A stretch of DNA of 64,000 bases from an uncultured Verrucomicrobiae bacterium (GCA_963812605.1 CAWEWF010000014.1:384001-448000); one strand, 5' to 3'. Shown: positions 1 through 10,148, counted from the stretch's first letter. Program-made: numbers and translations. The notes: generated from the letters alone by a model not told the origin.

Positions 1-1
1 T

Positions 2-598
2 CATCACACGAAAGCGGTGGCGCGGGCCAGGCCAAATGCCCTGGTCGTCGCGGACATGCCGTTTCTGAGTTACGCGAATGTCGACGCGGCGCTGGAGAAT
101 GCTGGGCGCCTGATTCAAGCCGGCGCCGAAGCGGTAAAGATGGAAGGCGGCGAGTCGGTTGCCGAACAAGCCCGAGCGCTCGTGGCTTCGGGCATTCCCG
201 TGCTCGGTCACATCGGTTTGCTGCCGCAATCCATTCTCGAAACGGGCGGCTACAAAATACAGGGGCGCACGCCCCAATCGGCGGAAAGGCTTTTGCGTGA
301 TGCCCAGGCGCTGGAAAAAGCGGGCGCGTTCGCGATGGTTGTCGAGGGGACAGTCGCCAACCTGGTGGAACAGGTGACGAAGTCGGTGAGCGTGCCAACG
401 ATTGGGATTGGTGCGGGGGCGCATTGCGACGGGCAAATCCTGGTGAGTAACGACATGCTCGGGCTCTTCACCTGGTTCACGCCGAAACACGTGAAGCGTT
501 ACGCGAACCTGGCCGAGGAGATGCGCAAGGCGTTTGCGGCGTACAAACACAACGTCGAATCCGGCCAGTTCCCCGAAGCCGGGCAGAGTTTCCAATAA
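2..598 (+). CDS. panB: 3-methyl-2-oxobutanoate hydroxymethyltransferase (5' truncated by window edge)
   Basis: Frame open from base 2 (HHTKAVARA); motifs VADMPF.SY, AVKMEGG, GHIGLLPQS, PTIGIGAG..CDGQILV. Confidence 0.95.
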   Translation, partial: HHTKAVARARPNALVVADMPFLSYANVDAALENAGRLIQAGAEAVKMEGGESVAEQARALVASGIPVLGHIGLLPQSILETGGYKIQGRTPQSAERLLRDAQALEKAGAFAMVVEGTVANLVEQVTKSVSVPTIGIGAGAHCDGQILVSNDMLGLFTWFTPKHVKRYANLAEEMRKAFAAYKHNVESGQFPEAGQSFQ

Positions 599-675
599 AC
601 GCATCTAAAACTCCTCCACGTACGAGCTGACCATCTCGGTTGGTGAATCGGATTAGACGGACGCATTCATCGCCG

Positions 676-1923
676 TTAAAACTCAAACTCCAGTCCCGTG
701 AACCGCTTCTCGATTTCCCCGACCACGCGCCGTTCATCGGTGATTCCCTTCGCGACGAAAGTCACGGAGAAACGCAAGTAGGGCCCGGCATCGTCCCAGG
801 GCACCGTCGAAATCAGTTTCTGCGTGATCAACCATTGCGACACATCTTCCGCGGACTGGAATACCGTGCGGTTGCCATCGCCATCGGCGACCGCTTTCGG
901 CGCGCGCACGTAAAGAAAGAACGAGCCGTGCGGTTTCGTGGCGTCAAAACCAGATTTACGGAGGCACGCGACCAGCAAATCCATGCGGCGGGAATACTTG
1001 GCAGCGATCTTGGCGGTAATATCGGGATGCGCCAGCGTCGCCGCGCAAGCCTTCTGGATCGCCAAAAACTGCCCGCTGTCGCTGTTGTCTTTCACATTGC
1101 CGTAGGCCGAAACGAGCAGGGGATTGCCGCAGACAAACCCGAGCCGCCATCCCGTCATGTTAAAGGCTTTGCTCATCGAGTGCAGTTCGATGGCGACTTC
1201 CCTTGCGCCGGGCACGGAGAGAATCGACAGCGGCTTGCCTTCAAAAACGAGCGCGCCGTACGCCGCGTCGGAAATAATGACAAGCTTGTTCTTGTGCGCG
1301 AAATCAACGACTCGCGCGAAGAATTCCGTCGTCGCGCTCGCGCCGGTCGGATTGTTCGGGTAATTCAGGACGATGGCCTTGGCGCGCTTGAGCACGTCGC
1401 GCGGGATCGAGTCCAGATCGGGAAGAAAATCGTTCTCCGCCGTCAGCTTCAGGTTGTGGACCTCACCGCCGTACCATTGCGCGTGCGTGCCGAATACCGG
1501 ATAACCCGGCACCGTCATGATTGCCACGTCGCCGGGATTGATCAACGTCGCCGGCAAGACCGACAACGCGGCTTTGCTGCCGATGCTGTGCGTGATCTCC
1601 GACTCGGGATCGAGTCCCGCCACCCCGAACACGCGCTCCATCCATTGCGCCGCGGCGCGCCGGAACTCGGGCCCGCCATTGTCGGCGTAGCCGCGGTTTT
1701 CGGGTTTCTGCGCTTCCTCGCACAGCGCGCGCACGCTGAGCGGGAACGCCATTTCGTCCGGCTCGCCCACGCCGAGGTCGATCAACTCGCCATGCGGATG
1801 CGCCTCCAGCGCCGCGCGTTTCGCCCGCTTGATCTTCTCAAATTTATAGATGGCCGTGCCCTTGCCGAACGTCTTCCCCCCGATGCGTTCCGCCAGGAGC
1901 TGCTGAATGTACGATTCCGTCAT
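676..1923 (-). CDS. dapL: LL-diaminopimelate aminotransferase
   Basis: Class I PLP aminotransferase motifs (IDLGVGEPD, NYPNNPTG, SDAAY, SMSKAFNMTGWRLG) with the YKFEKIKRAK N-terminus seen in one DapL subtype. Confidence 0.85.
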   Translation of the reverse strand: MTESYIQQLLAERIGGKTFGKGTAIYKFEKIKRAKRAALEAHPHGELIDLGVGEPDEMAFPLSVRALCEEAQKPENRGYADNGGPEFRRAAAQWMERVFGVAGLDPESEITHSIGSKAALSVLPATLINPGDVAIMTVPGYPVFGTHAQWYGGEVHNLKLTAENDFLPDLDSIPRDVLKRAKAIVLNYPNNPTGASATTEFFARVVDFAHKNKLVIISDAAYGALVFEGKPLSILSVPGAREVAIELHSMSKAFNMTGWRLGFVCGNPLLVSAYGNVKDNSDSGQFLAIQKACAATLAHPDITAKIAAKYSRRMDLLVACLRKSGFDATKPHGSFFLYVRAPKAVADGDGNRTVFQSAEDVSQWLITQKLISTVPWDDAGPYLRFSVTFVAKGITDERRVVGEIEKRFTGLEFEF

Positions 1924-2123
1924 AAAGCACGATTACCTACGATGTTTAGTCAGCACAATGGAGCATTATACCCGAAAATTGTCCTGTCGTCCTCTCTAAT
2001 GCCGGCATGCGTTTTCTAAGGGTTTTTCCGCCGGTTGGATTCTCGTCGATGCCGCCGGTTTCTGTCCGGTTGTCTGGTTTCCGGCCACGGGGATGCAACA
2101 GTGGCGCGGGACGCAGGCGGCGG

Positions 2124-2450
2124 TCACGGTCTAAGGATTGCCGCTATCGCCCACGAGACTATCCAAAACACCAGCGCCCAAAGAGCGCCGCAAATGGAAA
2201 ACTTCGCCACGATGTCGAAGGCGTTGCCCCACGAGATGCGGACATCATGCACAATCACCGTTGCGTTGCCGCCAGCCTTGGACTTCCAATCCTCGCGTAC
2301 TAACGGCCTTGCGTAACCTTCAATGGGTGCGGGCGGAATCAGGACTTGCCCGTGGCAGCGGGGGCAGTCAATCACGGCACCGGATTGCGCCGCGTCAATG
2401 CTCATTTGCTGACCGCATTTCTCGCAGGAAAAGTCGATCTTGTCCGCCAC
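2124..2450 (-). CDS. Small Zn-ribbon membrane protein (hypothetical)
   Basis: GTG start after GAGG; CEKC..CPRC followed by a C-terminal hydrophobic helix. Confidence 0.6.
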   Translation of the reverse strand: MADKIDFSCEKCGQQMSIDAAQSGAVIDCPRCHGQVLIPPAPIEGYARPLVREDWKSKAGGNATVIVHDVRISWGNAFDIVAKFSICGALWALVFWIVSWAIAAILRP

Positions 2451-2476
2451 CGGAAACCTCCCCGGAACGGGCGGCG

Positions 2477-2638
2477 GATGCCAGCCTAAAAAGCAACGGG
2501 CGGGACGCAGTGACCTCCGTTTAGGTCTGCGCCCGGTCGCCGTGCCGATGCCAGCAACCAAGCAACGGCAAAAGTGAAGCCCGACGGGGGCGTGACATTC
2601 CGCACGCGAGCCGCAAGGTTGCCAGAACCAAACAAACC
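2477..2638 (+). repeat. Three imperfect ~22-bp direct repeats with 70-71 bp period
   Basis: GATGCCAGCCTAAAAAGCAACGG (2477), GATGCCAGCAACCAAGCAACGG (2547), GTTGCCAGAACCAAACAAACC (2618). Confidence 0.4.
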
Positions 2639-2802
2639 TTGTGCTCATTCAGTCCTCGAACGGATCGGTAATGCCCCGATCGCAACGCTGGTTGTCACTT
2701 TAGGCGCAGGCACTGCGGTTCATTAATCAAGCGTCGAACCTTAACCGTTTCTGATTTTATCCGTGACGCAGTCACCGACGGGCGCTATTTTGCCCGCAAC
2801 CC

Positions 2803-3678
2803 ATGGAGATCATCCGAACCGTACGGGAAATGCAGGCGGCATCGACTGCCATGAAGCGGGCGGGGCGGCGCGTGGCGTTTGTGCCGACGATGGGGGCGTT
2901 GCACGAAGGGCACGTTGCGCTGATGCGGCGGGCGCGGGAGCAGGGGGCGGCGGTCGTGGTCAGCGTGTACGTGAACCCGACGCAGTTTGGGCCGCGCGAG
3001 GATTTCGTGCATTACCCGCGCGATCTGGAGGCCGATGCACGATTGTGCGAGCGCGAAGAGGTGGAGGTCGTCTTCGCGCCTTCCGACGATGAGATGTATC
3101 CTGGCGTCACTGCGGTCGATGAAGATGCCAATGACGGATTATTGTATTTTACCTATGTCGAAGAAAGCCTTCTCTCGCGACGATTGGAAGGGGAGCGGCG
3201 TCCGGGTCATTTTCGCGGCGTATGCACCGTGGTGGCGAAGCTTTTCAATATCGTTCAGCCCGACCGTGCGCTCTTTGGCGAGAAGGATTACCAGCAACTG
3301 AAGATTGTTCAACGAATGGTACGCGACCTTCGGTTTGCGATTGAAGTGGTCGGCGTCCCGACGGTTCGTGAAACCGATGGCCTCGCCCTGAGCAGTCGCA
3401 ATCAACGGCTTTCGGGAGGCGAGCGCGCCGAAGCCACCGTGCTCTGGAAAGCGCTCAACATCGCGCGAGATCTTTTCCAGGATGGTGAACGCAACGTGCA
3501 CCGACTCGCAGCCGCCATGTCGCGCACCGTGCAGTTGGCGCCCTCCGCGCGCCTTGACTACGCGCAGATCGTCGACGCCGAATCACTCGAACCCGTCAAC
3601 GATGTCCAACACGCCAACATCGCCCTCATCGCCGCATATGTCGGCAAGACCCGGCTCATCGATAATTTGGTTCTGTAG
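2803..3678 (+). CDS. panC: Pantoate--beta-alanine ligase
   Basis: VPTMGALHEGH, VNPTQF, RPGHFRGV, FGEKDYQQ, GLALSSRN, RLIDN. Confidence 0.97.
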   Translation: MEIIRTVREMQAASTAMKRAGRRVAFVPTMGALHEGHVALMRRAREQGAAVVVSVYVNPTQFGPREDFVHYPRDLEADARLCEREEVEVVFAPSDDEMYPGVTAVDEDANDGLLYFTYVEESLLSRRLEGERRPGHFRGVCTVVAKLFNIVQPDRALFGEKDYQQLKIVQRMVRDLRFAIEVVGVPTVRETDGLALSSRNQRLSGGERAEATVLWKALNIARDLFQDGERNVHRLAAAMSRTVQLAPSARLDYAQIVDAESLEPVNDVQHANIALIAAYVGKTRLIDNLVL

Positions 3679-3691
3679 ACTTGCCGTCGAT

Positions 3692-3904
3692 CCCCTCACC
3701 TTCATCCTCTCCCCCGGAGGGGAGAGGAAAACGCTGCGACGACGGCAAGCGGGACGCTCGCCCTACCCGGAAGGGAGAGGAAAAGGCTAACCCGCTTTCA
3801 TAGTCCCCTCGTCCTTGGAGAAAAGGCCATGGTGAGGGGCCGCGGTCAGCGCCGGCGGCTACAGTGTCCTCCTCTCCCCTTGGGGGAGAGGGTTGGGTGA
3901 GGGG
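3692..3904. repeat. Cluster of REP-like palindromic units (CCCCTCACC..CCTCTCCC..GGGAGAGG type), two forward and two inverted
   Basis: Units at about 3692-3727 and 3757-3780 (forward), 3805-3839 and 3871-3904 (reverse complement). Confidence 0.75.
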
Positions 3905-3972
3905 TGTCGTCGTTCCTCAGCGCAATCGTAAAGCCACAACTATTAGCTAACACTAAGAATCATCCCACAAAT

Positions 3973-4040
3973 GGTGGGACAGGCCTCCGTGCCTGTCAAA
4001 ATCCGTCCACACAGGCCCCGAAAGCTTTCGGGGTGCCACT
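3973..4040. repeat. REP doublet (GTGGGACAGGCCTCCGTGCCTGTC type) with an interrupted right unit
   Basis: Left hairpin GACAGGC-CTCCGT-GCCTGTC; right unit CACAGG...TGCCACT has its centre replaced by CCCCGAAAGCTTTCGGGG. Confidence 0.7.
4016..4033. repeat. 18-bp palindrome CCCCGAAAGCTTTCGGGG (copy 1)
   Basis: Perfect palindrome identical to 22521-22538. Confidence 0.85.
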
Positions 4041-4046
4041 AAAGGT

Positions 4047-5036
4047 TTAGAAGACCACTTCTACGGGTACCAGCACAATTTTGCCGTAGGCGCCGGGCTG
4101 CATGAGTAATTCATGGGCGCGGGGCGCGTCTTTGAGCGGAAGCTCCTGGTTGATGACCGGCTTCAAGGAGCCGTTGGCCAGACCGGCCACCAAGGCGGCG
4201 TGGATGCTGGCGAGCTCGGTTTCGGAAGCGTTGGGTATCATCATGCCGAGGATCACCGCGTCCCGTTGCATGGTGGCGCGCGGATTGAACTCAAGCGCGC
4301 CGCGGTTGCCGATGATGACGATGCGACCATGGGGCGCGAGGACGGTGAGGTCCTTGACGAGATTGACGTTCGCCATCATTTCTAAAATCACTTCCGGACC
4401 GCGACCATCGGTGAGGGCTGTCAGCTGCGCCAGATAATCCGGAGCATGATGGTCAAGGACCTGGGAAGCGCCCTGTTGTTTCACCACATCTTGCCCGCGT
4501 CCACTGCTTGCCGTGCCAATGACACGCAACCCGCGCGCGACAGCCAATTGTACCGCCGCGATACCGACGCCGCCACTGGCGCCGTGAATAAAGACGGTCT
4601 CGCCGGGAATAGCCCGAGCTTTTTGGAAAAGCGCGCGATAGGCCGTGCTGTAAGGCGTCCCAATGGCCGCGCCCTGGGTGAAGGTGGCGTTTTCGGACAA
4701 GGAATGGACCTGCGATGTGTTACAGACCGCGAGCTGGGCGTACGCGCCTTCACGAATGCCGCTGGCGGTCCCAAAGACGTACACCCGGTCGCCGGCCTTC
4801 CATTCTTTTACGCCATCCCCGACCGCTTCCACGACGCCCGCGCCATCCGAGCCGGGTGTGAAAGGTAGTGTGGGATTGATCGCGTAAGTGCCGGCGCGAA
4901 CGTAGGCATCGAGAGGATTCACGCCGACGGCGTGCAGACGAACCAAGACGTGCCCGGGACCCGGCTTCGGGTCGGGCACTTCCTCCAGCTTCATGACCTC
5001 GGGCCCGCCAACCTGGTGAACGCGGATCGCCTGCAT
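4047..5036 (-). CDS. qor: NADPH:quinone reductase (zeta-crystallin/MDR family)
   Basis: GGPEVM, AVGVNP.D, PFTPGSDGAG, IHGASGGVG nucleotide-binding motif, GKIVL. Confidence 0.9.
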   Translation of the reverse strand: MQAIRVHQVGGPEVMKLEEVPDPKPGPGHVLVRLHAVGVNPLDAYVRAGTYAINPTLPFTPGSDGAGVVEAVGDGVKEWKAGDRVYVFGTASGIREGAYAQLAVCNTSQVHSLSENATFTQGAAIGTPYSTAYRALFQKARAIPGETVFIHGASGGVGIAAVQLAVARGLRVIGTASSGRGQDVVKQQGASQVLDHHAPDYLAQLTALTDGRGPEVILEMMANVNLVKDLTVLAPHGRIVIIGNRGALEFNPRATMQRDAVILGMMIPNASETELASIHAALVAGLANGSLKPVINQELPLKDAPRAHELLMQPGAYGKIVLVPVEVVF

Positions 5037-5041
5037 CGTCT

Positions 5042-6070
5042 TCAGTCTTTCCGTTTGGAGTCTTGCGGGACGATTTCCACGTCGAGCTTTTGCGCACGAC
5101 GCAGAACCGTCAAGCGACTCTTCGCGCCGATTTTCTCCATCGCCAACAGCCGATGCAGGTCATCAATGGTCGCGATGGGTTTGTCTTCCAACGCAACGAT
5201 CACGTCGCCTTCTTCCAGTTTGGCTGCCGCAGCGGGACTGTCCTTTTCAACAGAGATGACCAGGACGCCGGTCGGCTTCGCCAATTGGTGAAAGCGCACG
5301 AGCCGGCGATGCAGGTCGATGTTCTGGCCCGCAACGCCGAGATAGGCGCGATGAATCTCCCCATCGCGCATGAGGAAGCCGAGAACATACTTTGCGGTAT
5401 CCACGGAAACGGCAAAGCAGAGACCCTGCGCGGGCAGGATCACGGCGGTATTCACGCCAATGACCTCGCCGCGCGAATTCACCAACGGTCCGCCGGAATT
5501 GCCCGGATTGAGCGCCGCGTCCGTTTGGATCATGTTGTCGATGAGCCGTCCCGATTGCGAGCGAAAGGATCGTCCCAATGCACTGACGATTCCCGCCGTG
5601 ACCGTGCACTGGAAACCGTAAGGATTGCCGATGGCGATGGCGACCTGTCCGACGCGCAAGGAAGCGGAACTGCCGAGCGTCACCGGCGCGAGATCGGGCG
5701 CATCGATGCGGACCACTGCGAGGTCGGTGTCGGGATCATCACCGATCAAAGTGCCATCGACGGTGCGACCATCCGTCAGGGCGACTTCCAAGCGCGCCGC
5801 GTCATGCACGACGTGGCTGTTTGTGAGAGTGAAGCCGTCCGGGGTGAAGATAAAGCCAGAGCCACTGCCGGCTCGCGCCAGTCGTCCATTACGGCCACGC
5901 TGCTGCACGTCGATTTTCACGACCGCAGGGCTTACCTCCTCCGCCGTCGCCGCCACGGCATGGGAATAGGCATCCAGAAATTCAGCATCTGAACCTCCGA
6001 GCGGCGATGCCGCTTGTAACTCGGGGTCAGCCTGGGCCTGGTCGAACATAAACTCAAAGCGAGGTTTCAT
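5042..6070 (-). CDS. HtrA/DegS-like trypsin serine protease with one PDZ domain
   Basis: GSGSGF, LTNSHVV, DLAVV, IQTDAALNPGNSGGPL plus C-terminal PDZ; start set at MKPRF after AGGA. Confidence 0.9.
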   Translation of the reverse strand: MKPRFEFMFDQAQADPELQAASPLGGSDAEFLDAYSHAVAATAEEVSPAVVKIDVQQRGRNGRLARAGSGSGFIFTPDGFTLTNSHVVHDAARLEVALTDGRTVDGTLIGDDPDTDLAVVRIDAPDLAPVTLGSSASLRVGQVAIAIGNPYGFQCTVTAGIVSALGRSFRSQSGRLIDNMIQTDAALNPGNSGGPLVNSRGEVIGVNTAVILPAQGLCFAVSVDTAKYVLGFLMRDGEIHRAYLGVAGQNIDLHRRLVRFHQLAKPTGVLVISVEKDSPAAAAKLEEGDVIVALEDKPIATIDDLHRLLAMEKIGAKSRLTVLRRAQKLDVEIVPQDSKRKD

Positions 6071-6140
6071 TTTGGTTCCTACCGCATATTGGTGTAGTAA
6101 TGATGCCCAAAGTAGGCGATAGATTCGGTTTGGGCAAGTC

Positions 6141-7748
6141 ATGGCGGGCGATTCACAACGCAAATACGATTTTCTGGTCATCGGCAGCGGCATTGCGGGG
6201 CTGACGTACGCCTTGAAAGTGGCGGCGCTCGGTACGGTCGCGATTATCACCAAAAAGCAGCGCGCGGACAGCAATACGAACTATGCCCAAGGGGGCATCG
6301 CCGCCGTGATGGCTAAGGACGACTCGCTGGAGTTGCACGTGCGCGATACCCTCGAAGCGGGGGCCGGCCTGTGCAAGGAAGACGTGGTCCGCACCATCGT
6401 CAGCGAAGGGCCGGCGCTGGTCCGCGAGTTGATCGATTTCGGCGTGAAATTCACCGAGAAAGAGAACCAACGCGGCCAGTATGATCTGGGACGCGAAGGC
6501 GGGCACACGCGGCGGCGTATCCTGCACGCCGGCGACATTACCGGGCGTGAGATCGAGCGGGCATTGCTCGCACAAGTAGCCCGGCACCAGAACATCACCG
6601 TCCTTGAGGAATCGCTGGCGGTCGACCTCATCACGACCCAGAAGTTGGGGGTGAGCGGTCTGAACCAGTGCCTTGGTTGCTACGCCCTGGACAAAAAACG
6701 GGGCGTGGTCGAGGTGTTCACCGCCAAGATCACGCTGCTGGCGACCGGCGGTTCGGGCAAGGTGTACCTCTACACGACCAATCCCGACATCGCGAGTGGC
6801 GACGGCGTGGCCATGGCGTACCGTGCTGGGGTAAGCGTTTCGGACATGGAGTTCATCCAGTTCCATCCCACCTGTCTTTACGATCCCAAGGCGAAATCGT
6901 TTCTCATCAGCGAAGCGGTGCGCGGGGAAGGGGCTGTCTTGCGGGGCAATGATGGCGAAGCATTCATGAAACGCTATCACGCAATGGCCGATCTCGCGCC
7001 ACGCGACATCGTCGCCCGCGCCATCGACGCCGAGATGAAAAAATCGGGCGCGGACTGCGTTTTCCTCGACATCACGCAAAAAGATCCGGAGTTCGTGAAG
7101 AAACGGTTCCCAAACATTTACGCCAAATGCCTCGAGTACGGCTATGACATGACGAAGCGGCCGCTCCCAGTTGTGCCCGCCACGCATTACCAATGCGGCG
7201 GCGTGGTGACGAACGTCGATGGCGAAACCGAATTGGTGGGACTGCTCGCGGCAGGGGAAGTAGGCTGCACCGGTCTGCACGGCGCCAATCGTTTGGCGAG
7301 CAATTCGCTCCTGGAAGCGCTGGTCGTGGGCCACCGTGCGGCGGAAGTCGCCCTGCGCCAGCACGCGGTTCTGGAGACCCCGCGCACCGCGCCGCTTCCG
7401 TGGGAAAGCGGCGACGCGGCGGACGCCGATGAGCTGGTGGTTGTCACGCACAACTGGGGGGAGATTCGGCGTCTCATGTGGGATTACGTCGGCATCGTGC
7501 GCACGGACAAGCGGCTGTTGCGAGCGCGTTCCCGCATCCAGAACTTGCAGCGCGAGATCAATCAATTCTATTGGGACTACAAGGTGACACCCGACCTGAT
7601 CGAGTTGCGCAACCTGGCGCTGGTCGCCGAATTGATCATCGAGAGCGCGCTACAGCGCAAAGAATCCCGCGGTCTCCACTACACCCTCGATTACCCGGAG
7701 TGCGACAACGTGAACTGGAAACGCGATTCGGTCCTGCGCAAGGCTTGA
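6141..7748 (+). CDS. nadB: L-aspartate oxidase
   Basis: [60 protein letters not shown]. Confidence 0.96.
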   Translation: MAGDSQRKYDFLVIGSGIAGLTYALKVAALGTVAIITKKQRADSNTNYAQGGIAAVMAKDDSLELHVRDTLEAGAGLCKEDVVRTIVSEGPALVRELIDFGVKFTEKENQRGQYDLGREGGHTRRRILHAGDITGREIERALLAQVARHQNITVLEESLAVDLITTQKLGVSGLNQCLGCYALDKKRGVVEVFTAKITLLATGGSGKVYLYTTNPDIASGDGVAMAYRAGVSVSDMEFIQFHPTCLYDPKAKSFLISEAVRGEGAVLRGNDGEAFMKRYHAMADLAPRDIVARAIDAEMKKSGADCVFLDITQKDPEFVKKRFPNIYAKCLEYGYDMTKRPLPVVPATHYQCGGVVTNVDGETELVGLLAAGEVGCTGLHGANRLASNSLLEALVVGHRAAEVALRQHAVLETPRTAPLPWESGDAADADELVVVTHNWGEIRRLMWDYVGIVRTDKRLLRARSRIQNLQREINQFYWDYKVTPDLIELRNLALVAELIIESALQRKESRGLHYTLDYPECDNVNWKRDSVLRKA

Positions 7749-7769
7749 ATCCGTGTTCTTTTTTGTTGG

Positions 7770-9980
7770 TTAGGGGGAAAGCGGCACTGCCGAGAAACCG
7801 TAGGACGAGATCTCAGCTTCCACTCCCGCGGGCATCGCGATGATAAACGTCTCCGCATAGTATCGATTCGTTTGCCACCGTGCAATGGGCCAGACACCTT
7901 GTCCGAGCGGTTGGAATTCCGTTGTATAGTTTTCACCGTTCGCAGGATTGCTTCCCAGATGAGCGACACAACGCACGGCGACATCGATATTGGTTTGCCG
8001 GGCGATGGCAAAAAATGCCGTCATGCCAACGCGATCCATCCCGGCTTCCGGCAGCCCCGGCAGCGCGCCTTGTGTAATCCCGACAACGTGGACGCCGTTG
8101 CCCAAATCCATCGGTGAAGGGATGGTGGCCGCGGGCAATTTGTCTCGTTCGACGAGTTTCTGCGCGTCCAATGTCGCGCCGGAGCGCGCGTAAAGCAGCA
8201 ATCCATCCTCGACCGCCGCCAGATGGAGACGCGGGTTGGCTTCAACCTCATGCTGGGTATCGCGGAGTCCCTGCAGCCAGGTAAGCTCGTCCGTTGCGCC
8301 CCGCCAGGAATCGCGCAAATCAAGAAGCGCGTAGTCGATCTCGTTGGGCACGGGACGGTCGAGATAGAGGTGATGTTGCTTGATAAAATGCGCGGCGACG
8401 CGCTGCGTGGCGAACAACGAGCCGTGCGGATCGATTTGCTCGCCGAAACGCTGGACGAGCCCAAGGCGTCCCGGCCAGAGATTGATCGTCAGCGTATCTT
8501 TGCTCCAGAAGGCGTTTCCGAAAAAGATGGACAGCATGGCGCCCGAGGCAATAATTCCCCACAGCACCGCTTGGCGGGCCCGGGTTTCGGTGTGCTGCAG
8601 GGAGGACACCAATGCCCAAAACACGACCGGCAAAAGGGCCGCCTGATAGTGATAGCAGATACTCTTCAGTGTTGGATTCAAACAGTCGAACAGGAACGTG
8701 AGGGAGCCGACAAACAGGATCGACGGCCTTCGCAACGGATAGAACAGCAGGGGCGCCAGGAGCGCGACTGCGAAATAGAACGAACGCGCTTCGAAAAGCC
8801 TTCCCCAAAATACGCGAGGTCTGGTCATGGGCGAGAGGAAGATTTCCCAGGTGGTATTGCCCAAATCCGAAAAAAACCGCAACTGCACGTAATTCCCCAA
8901 TTTCATCGAGGGAATGACGAAGGTGGTTACGAGTAGAAAAAATCCGAAGGCAAACACGGTCAGCGCAACGCCGGCGGCCCGCCGGCGCTCGAAGAAGGCC
9001 AAATAAAGACCGAACATCCCGATGGGGATGGCGGCTTCCTCCTTGATCAGCATTGCCCAGATGGCCATTGCCAATGCCCAGCGAGGGCGTCCGCTCAACC
9101 AGCAGGCCAGCGCCACAAAGTACAGCGGCAGGCAAATGTTCCCGAAGTGAAATCCATACGACGCGTTGTAAATGTATTGTGAGGTTGACGGATACACGAG
9201 CCACGCAATCACCAGCAAGACCGCGGCAGTCTTCTCCTGGAAAACCTGGCGGCCGATCCAATAAAGCGGCAGACTCACGCCAAGGATGCAAACAATCTGC
9301 AGCGCAATGATCATTTTCAGGCTCGGCCAGAGCAACCAAAGTGGCGTGAACACCACCAGGCCGGGAAAAAAATGGTCCCAAAACATGGTTTTTGTGGGAT
9401 TGACGCCCAGGAACAATTCATGGGGATTGCAGATGGTGTTGTAGAACAAACTGGCGTGTTCGCCGCAGTCCGCATAACCCAAGGCCAGGTTGTTCCAGTA
9501 GTGCACCTGTTGCCAGAAATAAAAGACGGCCAGCAGTAGCACGCTGATCCACACGCCCGCGCCCAGAAACTTTGCCGCCCGGCTCGGGCGGCCTGTTCCC
9601 CATTTGGACCATGCTGCGATCGCGTAACCGAACACGGTGCAAAAAAGGAGCATGTCATAACACTGAAGTGAAACGCCGGCCGCAATTTTGATCAGGATGA
9701 AAGCCGAGACAACACTCAGGGGAATTGACGACCATAAGATCCGTCGCCACAGGACGCGCTGCCGGGGCAACCAAACCACACAGACAACCGCAGTCACGAG
9801 GCCCAGGGCGCACCAAACAAACTCGACTGTACCGCGAATGAGCGGCCGCGCGCTGTAGGTCTCGGGTGAATATCGATATCCCAACAGCAGCCAGAAAGCG
9901 GTTGTATTGGCGACCGTGATTGCGACGAGCCCGAACAGCCAGAAAAAAGAGGGGTTCGTTTTGCTGTGATCCGCTTGCAT
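7770..9980 (-). CDS. DUF2079-like polytopic membrane protein (probable GT-C fold)
   Basis: Many TM helices; D.G....F, DHF.P, FH, KEE, HYQA motifs typical of DUF2079. Confidence 0.7.
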   Translation of the reverse strand: MQADHSKTNPSFFWLFGLVAITVANTTAFWLLLGYRYSPETYSARPLIRGTVEFVWCALGLVTAVVCVVWLPRQRVLWRRILWSSIPLSVVSAFILIKIAAGVSLQCYDMLLFCTVFGYAIAAWSKWGTGRPSRAAKFLGAGVWISVLLLAVFYFWQQVHYWNNLALGYADCGEHASLFYNTICNPHELFLGVNPTKTMFWDHFFPGLVVFTPLWLLWPSLKMIIALQIVCILGVSLPLYWIGRQVFQEKTAAVLLVIAWLVYPSTSQYIYNASYGFHFGNICLPLYFVALACWLSGRPRWALAMAIWAMLIKEEAAIPIGMFGLYLAFFERRRAAGVALTVFAFGFFLLVTTFVIPSMKLGNYVQLRFFSDLGNTTWEIFLSPMTRPRVFWGRLFEARSFYFAVALLAPLLFYPLRRPSILFVGSLTFLFDCLNPTLKSICYHYQAALLPVVFWALVSSLQHTETRARQAVLWGIIASGAMLSIFFGNAFWSKDTLTINLWPGRLGLVQRFGEQIDPHGSLFATQRVAAHFIKQHHLYLDRPVPNEIDYALLDLRDSWRGATDELTWLQGLRDTQHEVEANPRLHLAAVEDGLLLYARSGATLDAQKLVERDKLPAATIPSPMDLGNGVHVVGITQGALPGLPEAGMDRVGMTAFFAIARQTNIDVAVRCVAHLGSNPANGENYTTEFQPLGQGVWPIARWQTNRYYAETFIIAMPAGVEAEISSYGFSAVPLSP

Positions 9981-10026
9981 GAAGTGGAGTTGAAGCTTAC
10001 GATTCCAGGGCCATCGACTTCAAGAC

Positions 10027-10055
10027 TTGAAAACCCCGGCAGTGGCTGATAGTCT
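10027..10055 (+). promoter_or_regulatory. sigma70-type promoter of tRNA-Val
   Basis: TTGAAA-N17-TAGTCT with extended -10 TG, 16 bp upstream of the tRNA. Confidence 0.65.
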
Positions 10056-10071
10056 GCGGCCCGCTTGTGAA

Positions 10072-10148
10072 GGGCGTGTAGTTCAGTTGGCTAGAACGTT
10101 CGGATCACACCCGAAAGGTCACAGGTTCGAGTCCTGTCACGCCCACCA
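10072..10148 (+). tRNA. tRNA-Val (anticodon CAC)
   Basis: Acceptor GGGCGTG/CACGCCC, anticodon arm TTCGG-ATCACAC-CCGAA, T loop GGTTCGAGTCC, encoded CCA. Confidence 0.95.

Noticed and set aside
640-2019. Long antisense ORFs (also 5063-5992, 6153-7565, 45867-46775, 59429-60490)
   Set aside because: Shadows of well-supported genes in GC-rich DNA, with no recognisable motifs
2477-2638. CRISPR array
   Set aside because: Only three degenerate, non-palindromic units and no cas genes; kept only as a weak repeat
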